64,000 nt of DNA from contig JBHGNT010000021.1 in assembly GCA_043228905.1 (NCBI GenBank), positions 3,100,001-3,164,000 of the forward strand, given 5' to 3'. Shown piece by piece: positions 43,225 through 55,158 of the stretch. The DNA is from Azolla caroliniana (lineage: Eukaryota > Plantae > Polypodiophyta). Each line of letters opens with the position of its first letter. The first letter of the stretch is position 1. The position numbers were made by a program, and so were the translations under genes. Under the pieces are notes generated by a model that saw nothing but the letters and a program-made list of their open reading frames with translations, was not told the origin of the DNA and searched no databases.

Positions 43225-43705
43225 ACTTCAAATTTGAGGTAAAAGTAATTTATAAGCAAGAACCAACTAAAGGCCACAAATTGAACTTCATGTAATCAGG
43301 TTTATTAGTAATACCCAAATTGTGTATTAAAAAGGCCAAATTTTGAAGAAATATTGATTTAAAAGCGAGACCCAGTTTGTGTCTCAAATTGAAGTAATAT
43401 TGGTTCATAGCAAGACACAATTTGTGTAAATACGGTGTCAATTTGAAGAAAAGATTATCTGTAGCAAGACTCGATACTGTATAAAGGCCCCAGAACTGTG
43501 TAAAAAGCCATAAATCGTGTATAGAATGGCCTCAAATTCACGTAAATACCAATGTATAAGCAAGACCCAAGGTGTGTATAAAAAGGCGTTAATGTTGAAG
43601 TAAAATACCCAACTGTAAACAAGACACAAGTTGTGTAAAAAGCCTCAAATATAGTGTAAAAAATATCTCGAAATTGAAGCAAATACTGATTTATAAGCAA
43701 GATGC
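43225..43705. repeat. Degenerate tandem repeat in the putative 5'-UTR intron of the aspartic protease gene
   Basis: Recurrent AAATTGAAG(T/C)AA..., AAGCAAGAC(A/C)CAA..TGTGTA(T)AAAA.G motifs about every 60-80 bp. Confidence 0.65.
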
Positions 43706-44544
43706 AAAAAGGAAATCAATTCAAAAAAGTAAATTTGAATTATTTTTCCCCCACTTGAATGTTGGTGGTAACAGAGATATTTATACACAAGCTATAAATT
43801 TAAGAAAGTCTTGAAATACTTATAAGATTCATTTCAGATATAAGGAAACAGAGAAAACATATTACTAAAGAAATAGGTTCAGATGTTTTAGCCTAAAAAA
43901 TCGATGGAAGAAAAATCAAAATCAATTAATTCGAATTGTTTTGACCAGGCACTGAGACAGACAAAACAGATCTAAAACAACAGAGAATTAATGAGCTCAA
44001 ATGATAAATAAATCAATGGGTTTTAGAATTTAGCTATAAAATTTTGACTAAGGTTCATATAAAGAAACAGGCCTATATATATAGGATTTGAATGTAGAAA
44101 AAAAAAGATTATTTATTTGGTTTTTGATTCAGTAAACAATTTGGGCGGAAAGAAAAAGGAAGAAGATAAATTGAAGTCAATAAAGAAGAAGAGGAAGAAG
44201 GTAGCAAAAATATAGAATGGATTTAAAAAACAGATGAGTAAAATAATTACTTTATAGTCAGAAGAAGAAAATGATGAGCTTAATCAAGAAAAAAAAGAAT
44301 GAATTTCTCAACGAAAGAAGGAGAAAAAGGGTGAAGAAATGAAGAATTAAGGAGCAGAGAAGGATGATGAAGAATAAGAAAGAAGAGACGACAAGAAGAA
44401 GGGACTACCTGATGATCGATGGTGGATTCGATTCCGAATTGGATCACATGGGTCGCAAGAATGAACAGAAATCGATGAAGAGTTTGATGAAAAATTCTGT
44501 TAATGAAGAAGAAAGAACTACCTGATGATCGATGATGAAGAATT

Positions 44545-44593
<49 letters not shown>

Positions 44594-44845
44594 AGAGAGA
44601 ACCAAACACACGCAGAGCAGAGCAGAACAGAGCAAAAGCAGAATCAGAATTGCTTCAAACCAAAGCCCCAAAAGAAAAGAAGAAGAAATGTTGGAGCTAA
44701 ATTTGGAGGGAGAGAATAATGGGAAATAAATAAAGAGAAATTAGAAGCAAGTTTAGTATACATATCAAAATGGTTTCTTAATCCAAAGCCTTTTGATTAG
44801 AAGTGCTAAATTACACCACAATTAGTAGGTGATTAGCAGATGCTT

Positions 44846-44950
44846 CATCTCTAGACCACTGGAAGAGTCTTATCTGGGTGCATCTCTAGTCCACTAGAAG
44901 AGTCTTATTTGGGTACATCTCTAGTCCATTGGAAGAGTCTTATTTGAGTA
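44846..44950. repeat. 35-bp tandem repeat x3 upstream of the aspartic protease gene
   Basis: CATCTCTAG.CCA.T.GAAGAGTCTTAT.TG.GT. starts at 44846, 44881 and 44916. Confidence 0.9.
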
Positions 44951-46249
44951 ATTTCTAGGAAGCCTCCCATAAAACTTGTCAATGTATGTGCCGCGCATGT
45001 GTATTATAGATACATAGTATGTATATAGATATTTGTGTGTCTCGATGAATCAAGATTTCAATAAGCCGTTACAACATTTACAAGGGGCTTTTTCTGGTGC
45101 GTTTCTTCATTCTCCTAGGAAACATGATGTATGTCTCGAATGCGGGAAATTAAACATGTGTACAAATTACAATCATTGGATTATTAATGTTCGATTCGCA
45201 ACAGTTTGAAGAGTAGTAGGGGGGTATTCGTGTAATTTCCAGAAAACCTTAGCTTTTTTATCAAATGTGGGGGGGGGGGGTATATTCCGATAAAAAAATA
45301 TCAGCTCAAGTTCGAAAGTAGCGGAAATGGCGACAAAAAGGATGGTAATTACCAGATAATTGTCGTTTGATGTGTGTGTGTACATAAAAATACACACACT
45401 TCCCGTGCATCCACGCACACACATAAACGTGCTCCACACACCATTATGTATGGGTTTTGGTGGGTTATCGATGGCTTTTAATTACCCACATGTGGTCTCA
45501 CCTGATTGTATGTATATATTAATCTTAGCTCGAGTATACAAAGGTGTACCCATATGCGGGTTTTGAGCGTCTTTTTAGCATGAATCTAGTTTTGATTCCT
45601 TCCAACCCGATTTTTAATTGTATGCCATTGAGATGCAACATGAATCACACTCCTTTTTAATACGTTATCATTTCTCTTTTACTCAAGAATTGTTGAGACT
45701 AGCTTTATGAGTACCCTTGAAGGTTTTTTTATATTCGTGTTATCTCTCTTAGTATAAGTGGATTTGGAAAGATTTATGGTGATTTTTTATGAGATATCAC
45801 AAGTGGGGATATGACTATATACCTCTGTTAAGGTCGAAAATCTCGTACATTTTTAGTGTCATTTTTACTCTTCAAAACGATTCGTTGAAGTTTGAACATT
45901 AATTGATGCAAGATGCTCAATGCAATCCATAGCCTGTAGAAGTATATGTTCCCCAAATGAAGCATAGTCCAAGTAATGGTGAAAGCATGATAACAATTTG
46001 CGACTAAATATGTCATCAATTATAGTTGTAATTTGGCATCTTTGTATATTCACGAACTTATAACAATGGGACAAACACAAATACTAAACCTAGAGTAACG
46101 TGGTTTGGATATGTATAGATGTTTCATTGTCAAAGGATAAGTTTTCTTTTCCAAAATAATTACTACTTCCATTAGTTAAGTCAATGTACCTAGGATAATA
46201 TACAAATCATATCTTACAAGCCAACTTGCATGGCTACAAAGAAACGAAC

Positions 46250-47200
46250 ATGTATAAATCAATCAACAAAAAACTCATAATCACCCCATCATCCGATGAG
46301 CACAATATTACTTGACTGCATACCCTCAACGTGAGCCTCATACAACCCTATTTCAGCATAGACATCCTCCAATCTCTTCACGTGGTAGCACCCACCTATA
46401 TGTTTGGTACCCTCGGAGGGAACATCCACTGTGGTGGCTGATAAATCCACTTAGCATTGCCATCCACCATCAGCGGCATCGGAGAACCTCTCCATTTTAG
46501 AAGGAAACTGTCTCTACCTTCTTCACTCACGTCCGAGGGCCTCTAAAGGCTTTCAAACTCTCATTTGTAATGTAGAAATAAGATTAAACCAGATCATCGT
46601 TAAACTCTCAGCTGGTGGGGTTCGCTTACCTGTGAAATACTCCTTGCACCTAGATACCCACACTTGCCAAACTGTAAGGCCAGCCACTAATAACCAAATG
46701 TCCACGTATTGTTCTTGTATGTAGAATGAACCTCCTTGTGTTGAAGGTTTACTCTCCTTTCATAGTTATTTTTGTTAACTATCTACCTTCTTTGAACTTA
46801 TGAATACCTTAATTTATCCTCAAATGAAATAAATGAGTACTTACTTCCTCACATCTAAATAAAGGAAGTTCTAGTTTGAAAACTTCTCTTAATATATGTT
46901 ATGGTTATATTAAAACTATGAATTTGACCACCATCTCAAGATCTCTCCTATCACACATTCAATATGCCAACATATCCGATGAATTCCAATGTTTTTTGAC
47001 AAAACCATGCATATCAATGTCCCTTGTCAAACCCACGTACCACCACCATCAAAGCCAAGGCGGAGAGATTCATACAATGGCTTAAGCATGGATAGTTATC
47101 CAACTAAAGTTAACTACAAGATCAATAACTCATACCCACAACCAAAATACTTGTGGTTACCCTCACACACATGTTCAATGGGCCTTGTTCACTTTCCAAC
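46250..47200 (-). mobile_element. LINE relic: 3' end of ORF2 plus 3' UTR
   Basis: Minus strand encodes QYVDIWLLVAGLTVWQVWVSRCKEYFTGKRTPPAESLTMIWFNLISTL, then after a frameshift FLLKWRGSP...KWIYQPPQWMFPPRVPNI* (stop ~46396). The 'W.(I/V)W..R...F' pattern is typical of plant LINE ORF2 C-termini. Confidence 0.65.
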
Positions 47201-47639
47201 ACAATGGTCATAGACACCATGGTGTTGAGTCATAAGTCATACTAAGAAAAATGTTACGGAGTGTTGTTTGAAACATAATTCAACACTTACTTTCTAGTGC
47301 ATCTTACCTAGCATTGAACACTTATTACACTGTGTTGATTGGGGAAGAGAGAGTGTGTGAGAGAGAAACCCTAACCCGAGATGATAAAGTGACCAAGAAG
47401 CTCAAAAGTATTTTTTATAGTCTTTAGTCATTAATTGTGTCCTTCCATACTATAATGGTTATAGGCCTTTGTTTCTCTTTCTTTTTTACCACGGTGTTGA
47501 ATAACCATAAATCGGTGCAAGGTTCTTTGAAGTGTGAGTTTTTGGGTTGTTCTAGCATGGCGAGATTTGCTTACTTGAATGACTCAATCCTTGGCCACTT
47601 GCGTCATGTAGAAACACTCATTCATACTTGTAGATAGAT

Positions 47640-48700
47640 ATTGGAGCCCACTCCTTTGATTTTTCCTGTTGGTAGGATGATGTCAAGTTATCAACAAATT
47701 GACATTGATATTTGGAAGATCACAACCTTCATTCTCCCTAGGTTTATTGTGAGCCCATTCTTTTTCCACAAAATCTATCAAGGGCATTGAGATGACATCA
47801 TAGAAATAAATGAGCCTCAAAGATTATGCTAGGTCATTCAAAATAAGAAGAATGTGGACAAGTGTGCACAAGATTTTGTTTCCCTTTGTTGCCTCCATGT
47901 GTGATGTAGTTCATGACCTCATTGACGTAGAGTTTGCCGAGGATAAGGTAGAGCGAGCACCCTTGCTTCACATAAATGGTGATTAAGATGACCTCCTATA
48001 GACCCCATAGACACCTAAATTGTCTCATCATGTAATGCATGTATCATCCAAATCATGTCAAAGGAAGTTTTTAATGCACAAAGCCCTTTTAGGAGACATT
48101 CCCTTCGTATAATACCAAATGCTTTGGGCAAAATGAAAAAACATCCTTACAATCATTTCTTTTGTACCGTTGCTTGGTCCACCAACTTACAATCCTACTT
48201 GAGCAGGGATGTGCATCTTGTCAACCTTGATGTGATTGTTGTGTTTCACTTAATGCATCACTTCATAGAGTTTGGTGAGCATGTGGACAATCATGACAAA
48301 TTGTTAGTTTGTTGTTTCGACGAGCTTTGCAGCTAACGTATGGAGGGATGTACTTTGTGTCGATGTGCATGGTCCATGTTGTGTTGTTAAGGCCCTATAC
48401 CAATGGCTTATTGAATAAGCGTGTTTATCATATATATGAGAAGTTCACCTTTGTCCATGTTAAAGGCTTCATATAACCTTATCAACCTTGTACGAGGTAA
48501 AGAATGTGGTGATCATGGGGGAAGAACCTAATAGTTGCTGGTACAACTGATTGGTGAGGGACGTTATACAAGCTTTGTTGCAGAAGAATGCAATAGTTAT
48601 GGCTCCTCGATTGGGGTCAAGGATCTCAAAGGCTGATTCTTTTCTCATGGGTGTAAGAGAGAACAAAATAAATTTTTACTGTCCACAAGGAGACTAATTT
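47640..48700 (-). mobile_element. Degenerate RTE-like LINE reverse-transcriptase relic
   Basis: Frameshifted minus-strand peptides LFNK.., MIVHMLTKLYE (RT domain-2-like) and LNALDRFC...GLTINLGRMKVVIF (resembling the 'L..FC...GL.VNL.KTKVM.F' region after YADD) occur in the expected order. Confidence 0.5.
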
Positions 48701-48814
48701 TGACGAATGTGACCAAATCAACACACCATCTTGCTTATGCCTTGGGTTTATTACTTTATAGTGAAAAATCTCTATATATAGATATAAATAGAGAGATAGA
48801 CATATAGATATAGA

Positions 48815-49352
48815 TAGCAATGGGCACGGTTCGGTTTCAATGCCTTGAAACCGAACCGTTTATATAAAACAAAAACCAAACCAAACCGTTTAGGGAAAAG
48901 TTGAAACCAAACCGAACCATTTAATAAAAAATTTAAACCAAACCGTTCAAGAAAAAGTTGAAACCAAACCAAACCATTTAATAAAAAATTTACGCCTAAC
49001 CATTTAAATCAAACTAATTAAACATCCAAATAAACAAAAATACATTAAATTATATAAGTATTTAAGTTAAATTTATTAAATTAATAAAAGAAACTTTAAT
49101 TGAACCATTAAATTAAATAAACATTTAAGTTAAATTAATTAAATCAATAAAAAATCATTAAGATAAAAAAAAGTTAAACAAAAACTATAAACCTTTAAAC
49201 CAAACCTATAAACCCGAGTTTTAGAACCGAACCGAACCGTTTATCGAAAATCTAAACCAATCCAAACCATTAAAATGTTTTGGAACCAATAAATCGTTAA
49301 ACCACGGCTTAACGGTTCGGTTCGGTTCGAGCCAAAACCATGCCCATTGCTA
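48815..49352. mobile_element. hAT-type MITE (538 bp) upstream of the PPR gene
   Basis: TIRs TAGCAATGGGCA(C/T)GGTT match at 16 of 17 positions. Many AAACCG/AAACCA subterminal repeats and an AT-rich core. It sits in a GATA/TA-rich simple repeat, so no clean TSD is visible. Confidence 0.85.
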
Positions 49353-49644
49353 GATGATATAGATAGATAGATCGATAGATAAATAGAAGGGCATTTTTGG
49401 GAATTTCCCAAAAGTTGGTTTAAGCCAAGCAAGGACTTCCTTCTCCATGCTTTTGCTTTTTTGCTTTTTGCGTTTTGCTTTCTCTGCTTTCTCTGCTTTT
49501 AAGCTTTTTTGGCGTAGGGTGTATGTGTGGATAGCCTTTGGCTGCGATTTACGAGTCCCACTCCCCCATCCCTTCCCTCCATCTGATTCCTGCCTGATAT
49601 GGCAACTTGATCGAAGAACGAAGAACGAAGAAATCGCCATCGCC

Positions 49645-52600
49645 ATGGCTGAAGTTCTCGTTCCTGAGGTGCGCCAAAATATCTCGTCTCCTCCCCCCCC
49701 CCCCCCCCCCCCCCTTCTTCAGAAACTCTTGTCGAATTTCTTCCTGTCTCTCTCTCTCCGTGATTCTCTGAATGCCGTTTCCCTTCTTTGATTGTATTGT
49801 TTTTCTTCGCTCTATGAACACCAGTATCGCTATTATTAATTGTGTGATCGAAACAGGTTGTATCTGCAAACTGTGTCAAGGCTGTCGTTGTTGCTCATGA
49901 AGATCAGAAGACCAATCAAGTTGCCTCGCTCAAACAGAGAACACTCTCAGAATTCGACCTTCCATTGCAAATCGAAACCCGTTTTGCAATCACTGAGACC
50001 AAGTCTTTCAGGTTAACCTCTCTCTTTTCTTTTCTTTCTAGTTCCACTGTGTATAATATATCTAAAACGTAAGGTCGTGAAAAGATAATGTACATTGGCC
50101 TAAGCAAGCAAATATAAATGGAAATGTAGTTTCTCACAGGAAGTTTTTTTCTTTGCCTAATCAAGCAAAATATAAGGCAGAGAGTATATCGAAAATGAGG
50201 AAGCTTTTCTCCCTACCATATATCAGTATAAGAAAGCTTTTATTAACCCAATCAATCGTATTTCAAGATGCATTTTTGTACGATAATGTAGAATATATCT
50301 GAAATGTAGCTTCTCAAGAGCAGATTTTTGCCTAATAAAACGAAAAAAAATGTAGAGTATTTCTAAAAGAACAAAAGGTTTCTTCGGAATCAAGCAACAG
50401 ATAATGTAGAATATATCTAGAAATGGATGCCTTTTTGCAAATCAAGCAGAATATATCTAGCATTTAGCTTCTCAAAAGATTTTTTCTGCCTAATCCAGCA
50501 AAACAAATGGTAGATTTTATCTAAAAGAAGAATCCTTTTGTCTAACCCAGTAAAACATGATGAGATTATATCTAGACAATGAAGCTTTTGCCCGTTCAGT
50601 CATGTGGCTGTGGATTCTTCAGTAATCTTTCTAAGCTTTCCGTATCAATCACATTTCAAAAACGGAATCCATTTTAGCTAATCAAGTACCATTGTCCAGA
50701 ATATATCCAAAATATAACTTCTTCAAAAAAGCTTGTTGCTTAAACAAGCACCATGACCAGCATTTTTACCATCTTTCTTTGCCTAACCAAGGATCATGTA
50801 CAGTGCATATCTGTTTGAAATAATGTAGAGTATTATCTTAAATATAGCCTCTGAAGGAATCCTTTTGCCTATATTTACATGGGACATATTTCAGGGATGG
50901 GATCAAAATAGCGATATAATGAGAAGAGGATTGATGAATGGAATGGAGTAAGGGATTGGAAACAATGTAAAGCTAGAAATTCGCTGCTGTGTGTGACTAT
51001 TGTGGAAAGATGAACTATTCAACTCACTTATAAAGAATCTCCATTTTTCTTGTTGTGCTTTTACAGAACTATGCAATTTGTTCCAGGTGAGAGTCTTCTG
51101 GATGGAAAACCTAGCATCGAACATCAGGCGGAAGAATACAGCATTTCATCCTTTAACACACGCCAACTTTATCATCTTTTGAAAAAGTGCATCCATGAGA
51201 AAGATCTGAAATTAGGAAGAAAGCTCTATTCTCAGGTCGTACAGAGCGGATTAGAATCAGACTCATTCTTAGGATGCCACCTGATCCGAATGTTCACTGC
51301 CTTTGAGGATCTGGGAAAAGCAAATGAAGTATTTTGTAAGATACTGGAACCAAGCATCTTTGTATGGGGTGCCATTCTAATGGCAAATGTAAATCTTGGA
51401 CGCAGTGACATTGCAGTGGATTTATACTTTTATATGAGGAAATCAGCTTTAGAACCTGATGGACATGTCTATGTTGCTGCGCTTCAAGCATGTGCATCCT
51501 TGCCTTCCTTTATTCAAGCTATGGAAGTGCATGATCATATCATTGAATCTGGTCTAGAATGTAATGTATATGTGGGAAATGCCCTCATTGACATGTATTC
51601 TAAATGTGGAAAACACGAAGATGCACATTTTGTATTTAATAGATTGCCAAACCAAGATGCAGTGAGCTGGAATTCTCTAATTACAGGGTATGGTCAATAT
51701 GGGCACACGTTCAAGGTTATGGAACTCTTTACTGGAATGTTGAAGGAAGGTTTCCGGCCAACTAATGTGTCATTTATGTGCTGTCTTAATGCTTGTTCAA
51801 GCAGTATGAGAGTAGAGCAGGGAAGGGAAATACATTTTTACTTCATCACCTATGGTTTTGATGCAGAGGTAGAGGTAGGCGTTGCTCTGATTGAGATGTA
51901 TGTCAAATGTGGGAGCCTTGTTGATGCAAGAATGATTTTTGATAGCCTAGATTATGACATTAGAGCATGTGAGTCCATCACTATGGCATATTTTCAACAT
52001 GAGCATGATGAAGAGGTGCTAAAAATTTTCCATGGTCTGAGGCAGAAAGGTATTTTTCCTAATGTGAAGACATTCATTTGTATCCTCAGGGCCTGTGCAT
52101 CGATGTCTGACGTAGAACAAGGATGGCAGGTCCATTCAGAGATAGTAGCAAGTGGTTTTGAGCATGACATGTTTGTGGGGAATACGCTAGTTGACTTGTA
52201 TGGCAAATGTGGAAGCCTTTGTGATGCTGAAGTAGTTTTTGAAAGATTACAAAATCGTGATGTGGTGTCATGGAGTGCTCTAATCTCAGGTTTCTCTCTA
52301 CATGAACATCGTACAGAGGCCATTGCAATTTTGCGTAAGATGCATGCAGAAGGGCTGAAGCCCAACGAGATCACATTTGCCTCTGTCTTGAAAGCATGTT
52401 GTGTTGTCGCTTGCTTGGAAGATGGCAGATGGATTCACAGTCTCATTATAGACAGTGGGCTTGGGAGTGATGTATTCGTAGGAAGTGGCCTGATTGATAT
52501 GTATGCCAAATGCGGGAATCTTGAGGATGCGTGTGTGGTTATGGAGTCGTTGCCTGAACAAGATTTGGTGACATGGAATGCATTAATTTCTAGTTATGCT

Positions 52601-53791
52601 CACCATGGCTATGGTTTAGAGGCTCTGCAATGCTTCCAGAAGATGCAAGAAAATGGAAAAGAGCCAAGTTTGGGTATACTTGTCAGTGTCCTGAAAGCAT
52701 GTTCAACTGTGGCAGCCTTGGAGCAGGGCAAACAAGTACACAAACAAGTTGTGCATAAAGGACTTGAAGCAGACACCTTCATTGGCACAGCTTTGATTGA
52801 CATGTATGCCAAGTGTGGGTCTATTGAAGATGCATCCACTGTTTTTAGAGCCTTGCCAAACCCAGACATTGTTACATGGAGTACAATCATAACATGTTTT
52901 GCACAAAATAATGACTACAAATCAGCGTTAAAGTTCTTTGATGATATGCAAATAGCTGGCTTTCAACCTAATGAAGTGACTTTTACATGTCTTCTCTCTG
53001 CATGCAGCCATTCTGGTAGGCTAAAGGAAGGGTGTGAGCATTTCAAGTCCATGAAAGAGAAGTACAATATAGCACCAACACTGGAACATCATTATGTTCT
53101 GATGGAGATTTTTGGGCATGAAGCCCTCTTTGATGAAGCAGAAGACTTGATTGAGTGTGTTCCATTCTGTTCTAACATTGTTGGGTGGATGTCGTTGCTT
53201 ACTTTGTGTGGGCAACATGGTAACGTAAATCTTGGTAGAAGATGTTTTGACCGTGCTATTGGAATCAAGCCTGGATATTCTTCTGGGTATGCACTCATGT
53301 GGAATTTATATAACCAAGCTGGAATGTGTGATGAGGCAAGAAGGATTGATGACCTAAGGATTATTGCCAATGCATGGAAAAAGCCAGCAAAGGCTTTCAT
53401 AGAGGTTGACAATCAAGTGCATAGCTTTATTGTGGCAGATAAGTCCCACCCACAGAGTGATCGGATATATACAAAACTTAAAGATTTAACCAAGAAGATT
53501 AAAAGTGAAGGATACAGTCCTTCCCTTGGTGCTGTGCCTGACTGGAGCTCTGATAGGGACAAAGAAGTTTCCCTTTGCAGGCATTCTGAAAAATTAGCTA
53601 TTGCATTTGGACTAATCTCTACTGCGAAAGGTGCTACCATCCGATTGTCGAAGAATCTTCGTGTATGTGCAGATTGTCATTCTGCTGCTAAAGTAATCTC
53701 AAAGGTTGAAATGAGAGAGATCATTATCACAGATGCTTATCAGATTCATCGCTTCAAGGATGGAACGTGCTCATGTCAAAATTTTGGGTAA
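49645..53791 (+). CDS. PLS-class PPR protein with E1/E2 and a DYW deaminase domain of the KPAxA (DYW:KP) type; candidate organellar RNA-editing factor; 3 exons, ~967 aa
   Basis: Exons 49645-49668, 49857-50011 and 51067-53791 join in frame. Repeated P-L-S triplets (..VGNALIDMYSKCG.., ..SWNSLI..), then WKKPAKAFIEV, SHP, HSEKLA, KNLRVCADCH and a terminal HRFKDGTCSCQNFG*. Confidence 0.95.
50050..50875. repeat. Degenerate ~55-65-bp tandem array filling intron 2 of the PPR gene
   Basis: About a dozen copies of TTTGCCTAATCAAGCA....TAGAATATATCT.AAA..TAGCTTCTC-like motifs. Confidence 0.7.
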
Positions 53792-54430
53792 GAGGATCCA
53801 GAAATTATGTAGAGATGCGAAACTGGGTTATTATGATACGGCTCAACATTTTTCACCAAACTGTTGTATTTTATGTACAGTCAAAGACAGTATTGAGTGT
53901 CAACTTGATTATTGATGGATCACCCAGTATCAAGAGCTTGTTTGATACTACTACCAAAGAGAAGGCCTGAATTATTTCACCTAAAATGTATAAAGGGCAG
54001 AGAAAAATGGTGGTTTTAATGGGTGGGATCTTGTGATGTATCTCATATTACAAATGGAAGGTTTGGATCATGCTTGCTAACTGTTAATTCACTAGCTGAT
54101 TAAACCAACAAACATGTTTACCTGTACTTATAAACTATTTCATCCCTTGTAACATTATTGGCGTAAATTATTTTTGCAAGTAGACACATCACTCAGAGGA
54201 TTGTACTCCGTGGAATAGAAATCTTGAAAATCAATCGAGATTTGGATCCTAAAACTTGAATCTCAGGTTGCAGAAATGTAAGCTTTAACATGTAGTAACT
54301 TACAGTTGAGTGGAAAGTGTTTTGAGGAATGTTATACATGAGAGAATACATGGGATAACATTAAGGCAGCCATGAAATTTCTTCAACTGAAAGAATTGAT
54401 CCTTTTGCATGTTCTGAAAAATTCCAAAAA

Positions 54431-54561
54431 CATGATAAGGTAACATTGTAATAATACTATTTCATTTTTGTGAACCACAAATAACTGCACTAGCTCTACA
54501 TGATATAGTAAGATTGTAATAATACTATTTCATTTTTGTGATCCACAAATAACTGCTCTAG
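54431..54561. repeat. 68-bp tandem duplication between the convergent PPR and phytocyanin genes
   Basis: ATTGTAATAATACTATTTCATTTTTGTGA.CCACAAATAACTGC.CTAG at 54445 and 54513. Confidence 0.9.
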
Positions 54562-55158
54562 TCAATGAAGAATTTCTAGGCTTAAGAGAACTTGATTTTA
54601 TATTAATGTAAAGTCGGATCCAAAATAAACCTTCATGTTATTGACATAAATTTTAGGCTAGAATACAAACATATTTTTAATGTGGAATTCAACGCTTCGA
54701 GGAAAGCCTCCCATTGTGTATTTTCTTTTTCAAGCATTCCACATATTATTTTGGATGGGGTAGTTGGGCCATGTATAAATAATGCCAACAAGGCAAGTTC
54801 TATAATGAACTTTCATGTGAAGTGTAATATTTATTGTTATGATTCCAAACATTGATAAACTTTTGCTACCTTTTGTCATGCCCCACTCAAGGATATCATA
54901 TTACGTTTTTCCATCACGTAGTATTTCACTTATAGATTAGCTTCCCATAAGAAAACAATATTTGGATTACCCACTATTTACTCTCATACTATAAATGTTT
55001 ATTTGTGAAGAAGGCATCATATTTTCTTATTGAAACAAGAACAAAATGGCATAACATATACATGATTGAGGACCAAGAAACCATATTGTATGCATTGTTT
55101 GGTGAGGATCATTGGAATATCACTTGTTTAAGATGTATTAAATATTAATATAGTGATC

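Noticed and set aside
44846-44950. 35-bp repeats of CRISPR repeat length
   Set aside because: The copies are head-to-tail with no spacers, so this is an ordinary minisatellite.
45140-45360. Mutator-like TIR fragments (GGGGTATTCGTGTAATTTCC)
   Set aside because: No convincing partner TIR or 9-bp TSD was found.
51294-53640. Multiple antisense ORFs inside the PPR gene, and likewise inside the PHD, ANKRD13-like, phytocyanin and DCD exons
   Set aside because: These are shadow ORFs of real coding exons with no recognisable motifs.
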